A stretch of DNA of 61,484 nt, filler included, from Bdellovibrionota bacterium (GCA_963169515.1; 6 parts of 6 records of this genome joined end to end with filler, not necessarily neighbours in it); one strand, 5' to 3'. Shown: positions 28,487 to 38,554, numbered from the whole stretch's first letter. Numbers and translations are program-made. The notes: generated by a model from the letters alone, not told the origin.

Positions 28487-28644
28487 TGGTTAATGTTCCC
28501 AAGTTAAAAATATTTCTTGGGTGCATTTTATTTTTTCTTTTGGGCTGCGATCCGGCGGTTACCCTGCTAAATGCCACAGCAGTGGGGAATGGCATTTTTA
28601 CACTTGTTACATACACATTTTACATTTCGAAGCTTAACCATTAG
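28483..28644 (+). CDS. 53-aa ORF with lipoprotein signal (possible truncated gene)
   Basis: MMVNVPKLKIFLGCILFFLLGCDP...; ATGA overlap with the toxin stop. Confidence 0.35.
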   Translation: MMVNVPKLKIFLGCILFFLLGCDPAVTLLNATAVGNGIFTLVTYTFYISKLNH

Positions 28645-28695
28645 CCGCGTCAGAACCGTATGCTATGTTCCCCCTTCATTTATCGAGGTGGTAGT

Positions 28696-30186
28696 ATGGG
28701 CGTATCGGGGTTACTGTTCTTATTCCTTGTAGTTTTTCAAAGCCCTGTATTTTCGGTGGGATTGGACGACAAAATAGAAGATTCAAAGGCGGGTGTTGTC
28801 TGCAAAGCCGTAGGTACACCGCTTGAGTTCTGCACCTATCAACGACGATATGCAGACACACAACAGATTCTAACCCAAGCCCTGTACGATATTGGAAAGC
28901 AATTTGGAACGCCAGGTTTTATCCCTGAAGAAAAGGGATACGTTCGTATCGGAAAGAACTCTAAAATCATAGCCTTTTCCTTTGTAGACAAAGCGCTTAT
29001 GGACATGTTTAAAAAATACATTGTCGAAATCGACGAGTCACCCGCACCGGTCAAAAACAAAGAAGCCCATTTTAAAATTACGGTGAACCTTCTTTCTACT
29101 GAAAAGGCTCTGGAACAAGGGTTTAATATCGACTTTGTAAAAAACGGTGTTATTGAGGAAAATACCCCCCGCCTTCTGAGCACTGCCAATCTTTTGAATT
29201 GGAATATAGGGAACCTTGTAAACCAAGTTCTTTCTATTACATTTGGACGTGCACGCACGGCAGGAATTATTCTCAACAACGAAACTCTCGAATTTACGGC
29301 AGAACACGGGAACAGTTCCCCCTTTTCGTCAGAACAGATCTTCTATCGCGATGGAAAGTCTGTCAGCACAGATAAAGAAACGGCCCCTCGCCAAGTTACT
29401 GGGACTGTATCGCTTGACCCTTCAAACCCTAAACGAATTGTATTCCTGAATTTCAATATGCAATTCTACATCCCAATAACAAAGGACAATAGCCTTATTC
29501 GTACTGTTTCTATCAGCAAGCCCGCGCTTTATCTTGAATCCGGCGTGCAACAAATGCTCGTCAGTAACGACGAAACCACCCAAGCAGTATCTCGAGAAAC
29601 CGGCATCTTAAGTTTGCAAACAACCCAAGCCTTAAATCAATTTAAAATAGTGGCTTCGATTGTGGGTTATACGGATGACGATGCAAAAAAAGTGGGCGTC
29701 GAATTCGAACAAGCTCGCAACCTTTATACTTATAAACCAGAACAAGTCGCAAGAATGTCTGTTGGAACAAATTCCGATATTCAAAACACCCTTCACGCCG
29801 ATCATTTGAAATATCAAATTATTAAATCCCCGATAGGTTATCTGGGTGAAGCCATCGCCCTTCAGTTTACCCCCAACGAAGTGACACAGAGTATGCTTAA
29901 AGCAAAGGTACTCGTAACCGTTAAAGCCAAAGGGTTGAAATCAAAACCCATTCCACTTTCATTTGAAAACTTACTCGCAGGCCCGTTGCTTTTAGATTCA
30001 AAATTCTTTGATACTGCATTTTTGGTTAAAAACCGTGAAAATAGAGTTCCATTTCAACTGACAGTGGCAGAAGATACATACTACACAGCTATTCACCGAC
30101 AAGCAGGCATTGCAGCGTTTTCTCATAACTACAATTTTATTTATAATTTAAGAAACGGAACATTGGATTTGGTATCGGAGCGATAA
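28696..30186 (+). CDS. Secreted protein, divergent secretin-like
   Basis: GAGGTG RBS and signal peptide; secondary-structure pattern matches secretin N3 plus beta-barrel by eye (see findings). Confidence 0.55.
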   Translation: MGVSGLLFLFLVVFQSPVFSVGLDDKIEDSKAGVVCKAVGTPLEFCTYQRRYADTQQILTQALYDIGKQFGTPGFIPEEKGYVRIGKNSKIIAFSFVDKALMDMFKKYIVEIDESPAPVKNKEAHFKITVNLLSTEKALEQGFNIDFVKNGVIEENTPRLLSTANLLNWNIGNLVNQVLSITFGRARTAGIILNNETLEFTAEHGNSSPFSSEQIFYRDGKSVSTDKETAPRQVTGTVSLDPSNPKRIVFLNFNMQFYIPITKDNSLIRTVSISKPALYLESGVQQMLVSNDETTQAVSRETGILSLQTTQALNQFKIVASIVGYTDDDAKKVGVEFEQARNLYTYKPEQVARMSVGTNSDIQNTLHADHLKYQIIKSPIGYLGEAIALQFTPNEVTQSMLKAKVLVTVKAKGLKSKPIPLSFENLLAGPLLLDSKFFDTAFLVKNRENRVPFQLTVAEDTYYTAIHRQAGIAAFSHNYNFIYNLRNGTLDLVSER

Positions 30187-30187
30187 G

Positions 30188-31192
30188 ATGAATTTCTTAA
30201 TTGCTCTGCTGATTGCAACCGTGCCCGCAAGCGCAGCTGAAATCGCATACGAAAACTTTATAAACGATCTTGTCGACGCGTTCCGAAAACCTTTCCAAGA
30301 AAAGCTTTGGCAAATCAGTACAAATAACTTTTTTGAGCTAAACAATTCAGGCACTCAAGTTCGATTTTACTCCGACGATCCAAGCGTATGTCCTAATTTA
30401 GTGTCGACAAGCGACCGCATCCCCGTTGCAGCGATTCGAATGTCGGTAAGCTTTAAACCCACCCAAGCATACCAGCAGGTTGAATACACGGGGTGTGATA
30501 GCACACTTCCCATTTTTAATGAGTTCTTGCTTATAACGGGGGAAAACCTTTCAGAACCAAACCTAACTGGGCTTTATAAACGTAACTTGGACATGACCTT
30601 AAAGCCAAACGAAACAGGAAAAAGTTATTTTGTTCAATATAAAGGCGTGCGCATTTTTCAAATCACCTCTAAACGAACTAGCCCAACAGAATACCTAACT
30701 CGGTTTGAAATGACATCAACACCAATAATCACAGTTTTCACCAATATTACAGCAAATCACGCCCGACTGACATTAAGGGCCCATTCATTTCTTCATCAAT
30801 ATATGGGGAGCACTGATTATTACAGGTCAAATATCAATGGCGGAGAATATTCAGATTTTGTAGCCGAAGCAACCGGAGAGAGCGCACTTATTAAGTATTT
30901 TAACTCTGCCCTCAAACCAATATCTAAGAAAGAATTCGATGAAAATTACAATGAATTATTTTTAGAATCAATCAATGGAACAGTTGGAGCTTACTTCCGT
31001 TCATTTATTAGTCGCTTTCCACGGACGGAAGCCATCGTCGATACCCGAGGGAGCACGATGTTCCTAAATAATCTGAAAGAGGCCTACAATTTGATATTGC
31101 TGGGGCAAACCCTAAATGCTCAAAAAATTATCGAGCTCTTAATTTCCAATATTGAAAGCGGCAAAACGCAAGTTACAGAGCGATCCCAATGA
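30188..31192 (+). CDS. Secreted hypothetical protein (paralog A)
   Basis: Signal peptide ..PASA; Cys pair; starts 1 nt after the upstream stop. Confidence 0.8.
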   Translation: MNFLIALLIATVPASAAEIAYENFINDLVDAFRKPFQEKLWQISTNNFFELNNSGTQVRFYSDDPSVCPNLVSTSDRIPVAAIRMSVSFKPTQAYQQVEYTGCDSTLPIFNEFLLITGENLSEPNLTGLYKRNLDMTLKPNETGKSYFVQYKGVRIFQITSKRTSPTEYLTRFEMTSTPIITVFTNITANHARLTLRAHSFLHQYMGSTDYYRSNINGGEYSDFVAEATGESALIKYFNSALKPISKKEFDENYNELFLESINGTVGAYFRSFISRFPRTEAIVDTRGSTMFLNNLKEAYNLILLGQTLNAQKIIELLISNIESGKTQVTERSQ

Positions 31193-31968
31193 TATTGATA
31201 TTTGCGCTTTTCTTATTTATCCCAAGCTTTTCTTTTGCTCAAAATGCCCTTGAACCAACTATAGATGATTTTGATAAAATTATCTTTTATATGAATTCTG
31301 AATATCAAAGTTCTTTGAAAGATATATATGAGGGTCTCGCTATTACAGACGATAGCGATATGACCACCCAGATTACATTTGTTGACCCCGACATGCCCAA
31401 CTGTTCATTTTTTTTGAGGTTAACCTTAGAGCGTAAGATGACTCCAAATTCAATGGACGAAATTTTACATTTCACAAACTGTAAGGGCGCAGACCATGCT
31501 CTTGTTATCAGACGTCAGGGTAAAGACCTAAAGCCCGCATCGATAAATGATTTGATGTATCTGCGCTTACCGAAAGTAGCTGGAACAACGCTGTATACAG
31601 TAGTATTTGATTTATTGGGAGCAAAAATTTTTTATCGCAAATCCGACCTTATCGAGGAAGCTAAATACGAATTTCTGTTCCCAAAATTCAGCTGGTGGCT
31701 TGAATACAAAAAGGTTGCCCTTCCTGAGGAAGACTCTTCTGTTTCCTACAAAGGATTTTATAAAATGCCTGGGCTAGATTTAATAGCCGATACCAATGCG
31801 GATTTGGATGTTTTAATAAATACGCATGGAAAAGCAACTAGCTTTACATACTTTAAAAATAACGAAGAGATTCGTTATTATGATTTTATAAATTATTTTC
31901 AAACTGTAATGCTGATATATAGAAATACTTCTTTCTCTCTAGATTTCAATTATTTTCTTAGAAATTAA
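31189..31968 (+). CDS. Secreted hypothetical protein (paralog B)
   Basis: Signal peptide ..SFSFA; ATGA overlap; similar to 30188-31192. Confidence 0.8.
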   Translation: MILIFALFLFIPSFSFAQNALEPTIDDFDKIIFYMNSEYQSSLKDIYEGLAITDDSDMTTQITFVDPDMPNCSFFLRLTLERKMTPNSMDEILHFTNCKGADHALVIRRQGKDLKPASINDLMYLRLPKVAGTTLYTVVFDLLGAKIFYRKSDLIEEAKYEFLFPKFSWWLEYKKVALPEEDSSVSYKGFYKMPGLDLIADTNADLDVLINTHGKATSFTYFKNNEEIRYYDFINYFQTVMLIYRNTSFSLDFNYFLRN

Positions 31969-31977
31969 TATGTGCAC

Positions 31978-32991
31978 TTACTTTGGCGAAAAGGCGTCTC
32001 GGAAACCTTCTCCGATTAAATTCAAGACTACAAGTGTGACAAAAAGGGCAAGCGATGGGTAAATCGCAAGCCATGGGCTGACAGAAAAATATTTTTCAGA
32101 TTGACCCAAAAGCTCGCCCCAACTGGGTGTCGGTGGTGGCAGACCAAATCCCAAGTAATCCAATGCCGCAAGCGCCGCGATATTACCTGCAATTGTAAAT
32201 GGGGAAAATGTCAAAATGGGCCCAATTGCATTGGGAAGAATCTGTTTAAAAACAATCGCAGCGTGGCCGCTACCAATTGCCCGCGCCGACTCTACAAATT
32301 CTAGTTTTCTTAGTCTTAAAAATTCAGCACGAATATAGTAGCTTATGGAAATCCAACCAAACAGAGTCGAAATCAAAATCAATAACCACATCGCAGGATT
32401 AAAAATTGCGACCAAAATGATCATCAGAAAAAACTGAGGCACAGTGCTTAAAATTTCTGTGATTCTTTGACCCGTCAGATCTAACCAACCACCAGCATAT
32501 CCCATTAAACCGCCCAATATTGTTCCGACAACAAAACACAACACCCAAACCAGAATGGCAAAGGTCATGCTCGTGCGGAAACCATAAATCAACCGAGACA
32601 AAACATCCCGACCACGGTCGTCGGTTCCTAGCCAATTATCCTTTGACGGAGCCCCGGGATAGCTTTCAATAGCCTTGTTTGTTTCAAAAGGATCCCATTT
32701 AATGACTGGCCAAACTATGAAATCACCGTCTTTCATCTGAAGGGATCTATAATCCATAACCATAATATCTTCGCGCGCGAATTCTGTTGGGTGATATTGC
32801 TTGAAAACCGGAAAATAAGATTTTCCGTTGTAGCTAAGATACAGCGGTTTGCTATTAGCCCACATCTCAGCTGTAAAACTGACGATACACAAAAAAATAA
32901 AAACCCAGCAGGCAAGTATTGTGGCCTTGTTGGCCTTAAAGTTTCTCCAACGTCTTAGTGTCAAATCATTTTTTATCAATCGTTCGATCAT
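31978..32991 (-). CDS. Peptide ABC transporter permease (YejE/OppC-like)
   Basis: WLGTDDRGRDVLSRLIYG, EFVESARAIG, PTPSWGELL. Confidence 0.92.
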   Translation of the reverse strand: MIERLIKNDLTLRRWRNFKANKATILACWVFIFLCIVSFTAEMWANSKPLYLSYNGKSYFPVFKQYHPTEFAREDIMVMDYRSLQMKDGDFIVWPVIKWDPFETNKAIESYPGAPSKDNWLGTDDRGRDVLSRLIYGFRTSMTFAILVWVLCFVVGTILGGLMGYAGGWLDLTGQRITEILSTVPQFFLMIILVAIFNPAMWLLILISTLFGWISISYYIRAEFLRLRKLEFVESARAIGSGHAAIVFKQILPNAIGPILTFSPFTIAGNIAALAALDYLGFGLPPPTPSWGELLGQSEKYFSVSPWLAIYPSLALFVTLVVLNLIGEGFRDAFSPK

Positions 32992-34010
32992 ACGAAATCG
33001 ATCCTTGGATTAATAAGAACGTACAAAATATCGCTGATCAGGTTCCCAACAAGCATAACTAGGCTTTGTATAAATACGAGCCCCATAATTACGTTATAAT
33101 CGCGGGACAAAACCGAATTGTAGCCAAGAAGCCCAATCCCATCTAGCTGGAAAATTTTTTCTATAATCATAGATCCTGCGAAAAACAACGATAGAAACCC
33201 ACCGATTCCGGTAGCAATTGGAATCAACGCATTTCTTAATGCGTGTTTCATGTAAACGACATTTTCGTCGAGTCCCTTGGATCGGGCAGTACGGATATAG
33301 TCTTTGGAAAGCTCATCCAGCAAAGAGTTTTTCATAAGCATTGTAAGCACCGTAAAGCTTCCAATCATGTAACTGATCGTTGGAAGCGTAAAATGATGGA
33401 TTCTATCCCAAATTTTTTCAAAAAAAGACATACCTTCGTAGCTATCAGAATATAAGCCCCCCAACGGGAACCAATCAAAATATGATCCTCCGGCAAAAAA
33501 AACAAGAAGCAGGATAGAGAGCATTAACGGGGGGATTGAATATAGTACAAAGAGCATCACGGTCGACGCAAAATCAAACGACGTTCCATTTTTAATTGCC
33601 TTTTGGATTCCCAACGGAATACAAATCAAATAGGTTAAGAAGAAGGAAATAATACCAAACTGCACAGAGACCGGAAATTTGCTAACGATGACATCAATCA
33701 CTGGTTCTTCAAAAGAAAAACTTTCCCCGAAATCCATCCGAGAAAGATTTTTAAGCCAAATCCAATAACGCTCTAAAAGAGGTTTATCAAAACCATATTG
33801 TTTTTTGAGCGCCTCAACAACTTCAGACGACACCCCTTGCTGTCCGCCTGTCCCCCCACCACTGCTGACCGATTCTGAAAATTGAAGCTGTTTGAGCTTC
33901 TGTTCTATTGGTCCGCCAGGCGCGAGATTTATGATTACAAACACGACAATCGTTATCCCAAACAACGTCGGAATCATCAACAGTATGCGCCTAAGAATAT
34001 ATTCAAACAT
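32988..34010 (-). CDS. Peptide ABC transporter permease (YejB/OppB-like)
   Basis: YILRRILLMIPTL, APGGPIE, YGFDKP, YIRTARSKGL, HALRNA. Confidence 0.92.
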   Translation of the reverse strand: MFEYILRRILLMIPTLFGITIVVFVIINLAPGGPIEQKLKQLQFSESVSSGGGTGGQQGVSSEVVEALKKQYGFDKPLLERYWIWLKNLSRMDFGESFSFEEPVIDVIVSKFPVSVQFGIISFFLTYLICIPLGIQKAIKNGTSFDFASTVMLFVLYSIPPLMLSILLLVFFAGGSYFDWFPLGGLYSDSYEGMSFFEKIWDRIHHFTLPTISYMIGSFTVLTMLMKNSLLDELSKDYIRTARSKGLDENVVYMKHALRNALIPIATGIGGFLSLFFAGSMIIEKIFQLDGIGLLGYNSVLSRDYNVIMGLVFIQSLVMLVGNLISDILYVLINPRIDFV

Positions 34011-34016
34011 TTTTAT

Positions 34017-35633
34017 CTACTTCGCGACTGACCACCAGTAACCCGTCCCGACCCCATAAGTGAATGTGTCCTTTGGTTTTTCGACCTCATTTGTATACGC
34101 ATATAGCGTTTTCACCGTACTGAACATAAACAAATACGGAGCATCGTCGGCTATAATTTTAAAAATTTCCTGACAAATCTTTATTCGTTTGGATCGATCC
34201 CATTCTACATTTGCCCGATCGATCAATTCGTCTACTTTCTTATTGCTGTAATTGATTCTATTGGAACCGCCTTTTGCACTGCTTAGCGTGTGCCATATCT
34301 GACGCAATCCCATATCTGGATCGATATCGCCCGCGCCCCATGCCATAATAAATCCGTCAAATTTTCTGTCTTCTAAAAGTTTCAAGAACGCGTTCCATTC
34401 GATGTTTTTAATTTCTATGTCGACACCAACTTTTTTTGCATCTTCTTTATAAACTGTTAGAAATTTTTCCCAAAAATTCGTTGGCATCATGATCGAAATT
34501 TTTAAATTTGTTTTTTTCCCATCTATCATCTTATCCAAAACACCGTCTTTATCTGAATCAACCCACCCTGAGCTGTTCAAAATCTTCAGAGCTTTCTTTG
34601 GGTCAAAATCATATCCAACAATTTTTGGGGCATATTCGCTGACGGGTGAAATCGGGCCATTCACAGGCATAGACATATTATAAAGAAATTTTTCAATCAT
34701 CAGCTTTCGATTCATTAAATATGCAAGCGCTTGCCGAACCTGCTTGTCACCCAAAATCGGATGCTTCTGATTCCATCCGATATAATTGTATCCTTTTGGT
34801 GATTTGTTTGAGGTTTCAATTTTAAAAAGAGACTTTCCCCACTCAGGCCCAGATGTCTGCTTCATAAATGTTTCTGGGCGCAGACCCAAGTAATCAATTT
34901 CTTTTTTACTCAACATCTGCATTTGAACTTCAGGCGTTTCAACAAATCGCATTGTAATGCTATCAAAATTGTATTCCCTATCTTTAATGGATTGTTCTAT
35001 TCCCCAGTAGTAGGGATTTCTTTTCAGAACGATTCGCTTTCCCTTTTCATATTTATCAATCATATACGGGCCTGCACCAACCAGCACGCGCGTATATTTT
35101 TCGTTTGGATTTTTATACACATGTTTTGGAAGAATTTTTAAAATCCCACCAGCAAGTGCATCGAAATTCTTATATTTTAGGTCTTTAAAATAAAATTTTA
35201 TGGTTTTCGGATCAATAATTTCAGCGCGATCGATTCCGCTTAAATACTCACGCATTACAATCGCTTTATATTTTAGGTCCTTTATGGCATCAAAGCTAAA
35301 TTTAACGTCGTCAGCAGTAACCGGTGTTCCATCAGAAAATTTTGCATTGTCTCTTAAAAAAAATGTCACTGACTTTTTATCTTTTGCGATTTCCCATTTT
35401 TCAGCTAGGCCGGGTTTGTGTTCATAGGTATTAATGTCTATATTGGCAAGAGGTTCCAAAATATACCCCTCGATTGCTTGTGCGTACCCATCCGATGACG
35501 TAAATGGATTTAATGTTGCAGGCTCTGCATCTAATGTTAAAGAAAATATTCCGCCACGGGGTATCGCCGCATACGTCGATAAAAAAAGAGAGGACAAAAA
35601 CAGAATCGTTAAAACAAAGATGAGTTTCTTCAT
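34017..35633 (-). CDS. Peptide ABC transporter substrate-binding protein (family 5)
   Basis: Start ATG 35633 (MKKLIF..); PGLAEKW, FSDGTPVTADDVKFS, VGAGPY. Confidence 0.92.
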   Translation of the reverse strand: MKKLIFVLTILFLSSLFLSTYAAIPRGGIFSLTLDAEPATLNPFTSSDGYAQAIEGYILEPLANIDINTYEHKPGLAEKWEIAKDKKSVTFFLRDNAKFSDGTPVTADDVKFSFDAIKDLKYKAIVMREYLSGIDRAEIIDPKTIKFYFKDLKYKNFDALAGGILKILPKHVYKNPNEKYTRVLVGAGPYMIDKYEKGKRIVLKRNPYYWGIEQSIKDREYNFDSITMRFVETPEVQMQMLSKKEIDYLGLRPETFMKQTSGPEWGKSLFKIETSNKSPKGYNYIGWNQKHPILGDKQVRQALAYLMNRKLMIEKFLYNMSMPVNGPISPVSEYAPKIVGYDFDPKKALKILNSSGWVDSDKDGVLDKMIDGKKTNLKISIMMPTNFWEKFLTVYKEDAKKVGVDIEIKNIEWNAFLKLLEDRKFDGFIMAWGAGDIDPDMGLRQIWHTLSSAKGGSNRINYSNKKVDELIDRANVEWDRSKRIKICQEIFKIIADDAPYLFMFSTVKTLYAYTNEVEKPKDTFTYGVGTGYWWSVAK

Positions 35634-35768
35634 GATGGCCTTTCCTGAATGAAATAAATATCTTAAGTAGAATAAATGGTTTCGCAAAGCCTGTGTATCA
35701 ACGCCGCAACAGTCACATACCAAAGACTAGGTTTACAGCTTATCTAGGTTAGAATAAGATAAGTGCCC

Positions 35769-36779
35769 ATGAAAGACTATATTTTCGCCGTACCTGCAGA
35801 TTTAGAAACATCTAAAATTATATTAATTCCCGTTCCATGGGATGTGACAACGTCTTACGGTAGTGGTGCCAGCGAAGGCCCTGAGCTGATTTTTAAAGCA
35901 AGTTCTCAGGTCGATCTTTATGACCTAGAGGTCAAAGAATCATATCAATCGGGCTATTTTATGCTCGGAATTCCACATGAGCTGAAAGATCAAAATAAGG
36001 CCCTTAGAAAAAAAGCAACTCCGGTTATGGCGACCCTTAATGAGGGGGGCGAACTCAAAAGTACACACCTTAAAGCGCAAGCCGAGATCAATGAGGCCTG
36101 CGAGCAAATGTGTACTTGGGTTTACGAAAAAACAAAAACTCACCTTAAAAAAAATCAAATTGTGGGTATCGTTGGCGGCGATCATTCGGTTCCGCTGGGC
36201 GCAATTAAAGCGATTGGTGAAAAGTACCGTGGTGATTTTGGAATTTTACATATCGACGCACATTTAGACCTAAGAAATGCCTACCATGGATTTAAACATT
36301 CCCACGCTTCGATTATGTACAATGTGTTCAATTCACAGCACCGGCCAAAACAAATCACACAATTTGGAATCCGTGATTTTTGTAAGGAAGAATACGACCT
36401 TGTCCAAAAAAATCCGGATTACTTTGACTGCCACTTCGATACCGAGGTTCAGAATCGCAAATTCAAAGGCGAAACATGGATGGAAATTTGCGAAAAGGCT
36501 ATCGCAAAAATGCCCGAAAACATTTATATTTCATTTGATATCGATGGATTAAACCCAACATTATGTCCAGGTACCGGAACTCCCGTCCCTGGTGGCCTAA
36601 ATTATTCTGAAGTGTTAGTGCTGCTATCCTTGTTAGCAAAAAATAAGAAAAAAATTATCGGGTTTGATCTTGTCGAAGTCGCCCCCGGTGCCAACAATGA
36701 CGAATGGAATGGGAATGTTGGCGCCCGTTTGTTGTTTAAACTTTGCGGCTGGGCTGTTCAGACCAATAAACAGTCCTAA
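35769..36779 (+). CDS. speB: Agmatinase
   Basis: GGDHS, DAHLDLR, SFDIDGL.P..CPGTGTPVPGG, DLVEV. Confidence 0.9.
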   Translation: MKDYIFAVPADLETSKIILIPVPWDVTTSYGSGASEGPELIFKASSQVDLYDLEVKESYQSGYFMLGIPHELKDQNKALRKKATPVMATLNEGGELKSTHLKAQAEINEACEQMCTWVYEKTKTHLKKNQIVGIVGGDHSVPLGAIKAIGEKYRGDFGILHIDAHLDLRNAYHGFKHSHASIMYNVFNSQHRPKQITQFGIRDFCKEEYDLVQKNPDYFDCHFDTEVQNRKFKGETWMEICEKAIAKMPENIYISFDIDGLNPTLCPGTGTPVPGGLNYSEVLVLLSLLAKNKKKIIGFDLVEVAPGANNDEWNGNVGARLLFKLCGWAVQTNKQS

Positions 36780-37147
36780 ACGCCCCGAGCGTAGCGCTTA
36801 CTGACTGCCTCACGAATCTCAGCGCCTTCTATACTTAGTCGTGTCCAAGGAATTGCCAGCAAACGCTCTGCCTCGATTGCTTCTTCTGTTTCCTCACACA
36901 AACCATAAGATCCATTGTGGATGCGCGCCAATGCGCCTTCGATCTCAACAAGACGCGTACGAAGGCGTTCTTGCTGACTGAGATATTCACCTTCTTGGAT
37001 TAATCGCATGGTCTGATCGGCCTCATCGCCCCCACGGTCGTCTATGTGAATAGTTTCTCGACCGTCTCTAAACCGATTCATGATATCGGCTTTTGCTTCT
37101 AAGAGTCTTCTTTTACACTCTAGAATCAATTTTTCAGTCGGCTTCAT
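36776..37147 (-). CDS. dksA: DksA/TraR family protein, degenerate zinc finger
   Basis: GDEAD coiled-coil tip, ALARI..GSYGLCEETEEAI..RL.AIPWTRLSIEG; start ATG 37147. Confidence 0.85.
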   Translation of the reverse strand: MKPTEKLILECKRRLLEAKADIMNRFRDGRETIHIDDRGGDEADQTMRLIQEGEYLSQQERLRTRLVEIEGALARIHNGSYGLCEETEEAIEAERLLAIPWTRLSIEGAEIREAVSKRYARGV

Positions 37148-37371
37148 CTTGTTACCCCCCAGTAAAGAGTGATGCCATTTGTCGCTCTTGCGACTCACGA
37201 TTAAATTGTTAGTTCACTTTTGTGCCCTAATAAAATAATGAAATATTTACACCCGAATTGGAGATTCTTGGCAACTGAAAACTTAAATCGTCTGTAATTT
37301 TATAAGACATTGATATTTCGGCATAAATTTTCAAAAATTTTTTAAATCCATTTTTAAAATTTAAAGGCCGT

Positions 37372-37380
37372 TGTGGATAA
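37372..37380 (-). promoter_or_regulatory. Consensus DnaA box
   Basis: TGTGGATAA (TTATCCACA on minus) in AT-rich intergenic DNA. Confidence 0.4.
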
Positions 37381-37487
37381 CTGAAATTGTCTGTCAAACT
37401 GGTCTAATTTCTTTGTCACGTATTTTTTGCTGAAACAATAATCAAATTAACAAAAAAAATTTTTATGATAGATCTAAAATAAATTGA

Positions 37488-37787
37488 TCATTCCGCAGTG
37501 TTTTCGTTGTTTAGCGCTTCGCGCAAATTAGAATTACTTATTGGAGTCACGTCAATAATATTTTCTGTCGTCGGGGTGACATCTCTCATTTGGGTGCTGA
37601 ATTTGCCATTTTGAAAGTGAAAACTGCGATAATAAACATGACCATTTTTAGACATCTTTTGAAACTTCTTATTTAAAAAATAAGCTGCCAACCTTCGAGT
37701 TGGTGGAAAAATAAAAAATAAAAATAAAACAACAATTGGAAAGAAAAATAAAAGCGCAATAAAAAGAAAAAATAATTTAATAATCAT
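37488..37787 (-). CDS. Small membrane protein (FxsA-like)
   Basis: Hydrophobic N-terminus, FPPTRR, IIDVTP tail; coupled to xth. Confidence 0.6.
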   Translation of the reverse strand: MIIKLFFLFIALLFFFPIVVLFLFFIFPPTRRLAAYFLNKKFQKMSKNGHVYYRSFHFQNGKFSTQMRDVTPTTENIIDVTPISNSNLREALNNENTAE

Positions 37788-38554
37788 TACACCCCTTCAA
37801 TCTCTAATGTTATTGGACAGTGATCCGACCCATCAACATCATCTAAAATAGAAGACGACTTTAAGTGGGGCCTCAAATTTTCTGTGGCACAAATCAAATC
37901 GATTCTCCAACCGCGGTTCCCAATTCTTCCGCGCTCTATTTGATTCCACCATGTATATCTATGTTTTTCATTTGGGTGAAAGTGGCGAAATGTATCTATG
38001 AAACCAATTTTCAAAAATTGCTGAAACCACTCTCGCTCTTCGGGTAAAAAACCGCTCGTATTTGCAAGACCGATTGGATCAAAAACATCAATCTCTTTCG
38101 GTGCAACATTGTAATCACCCAACACGATAATCTTTTCTCCGCTTCTTACCTTTGGGATCAGGTATTCCGTAAAGCTAATCAAAAACTCTTGCTTGTAGGC
38201 TTGGCGTTCGATTCGCGCTCCGTTCGGGAAATAGACATTGTAAATTGAAATGTCGTCAAACTTTGTAACGACAAATCGCCCTTCGCTATCAAATTTTGAA
38301 ATTCCTATGCCGTGATTCAGCTGATCGGCATCTGTATGTGAAAATGTCGCTGTCCCAGAATAGCCCTTTTTCTCTGCCGAGGACCAAAAGCTTTTCATTC
38401 CAAGAGGCGCGATTTGATCTTGTGAAAGTTGGTCGACATGACATTTAGTTTCTTGTACGCAGAAAATATCAGGCTTTTCATTCTCTAAAAATGCCAATAG
38501 CCCCTTTTTGTATGTAGCGCGGATACCATTGACATTCCATGAAACAATTTTCAT
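37787..38554 (-). CDS. xth: Exodeoxyribonuclease III
   Basis: SWNVNGIR, QETK, GDYNVA, WRID, SDHCP. Confidence 0.97.
   Translation of the reverse strand: MKIVSWNVNGIRATYKKGLLAFLENEKPDIFCVQETKCHVDQLSQDQIAPLGMKSFWSSAEKKGYSGTATFSHTDADQLNHGIGISKFDSEGRFVVTKFDDISIYNVYFPNGARIERQAYKQEFLISFTEYLIPKVRSGEKIIVLGDYNVAPKEIDVFDPIGLANTSGFLPEEREWFQQFLKIGFIDTFRHFHPNEKHRYTWWNQIERGRIGNRGWRIDLICATENLRPHLKSSSILDDVDGSDHCPITLEIEGV

Noticed and set aside
31978..35633. ABC operon lacking an ATPase as a novelty
   Set aside because: Unlinked ATPase genes are common; cannot be judged from this window.
37200..37487. Replication origin
   Set aside because: Only one clear DnaA box and no dnaA/gidA context.
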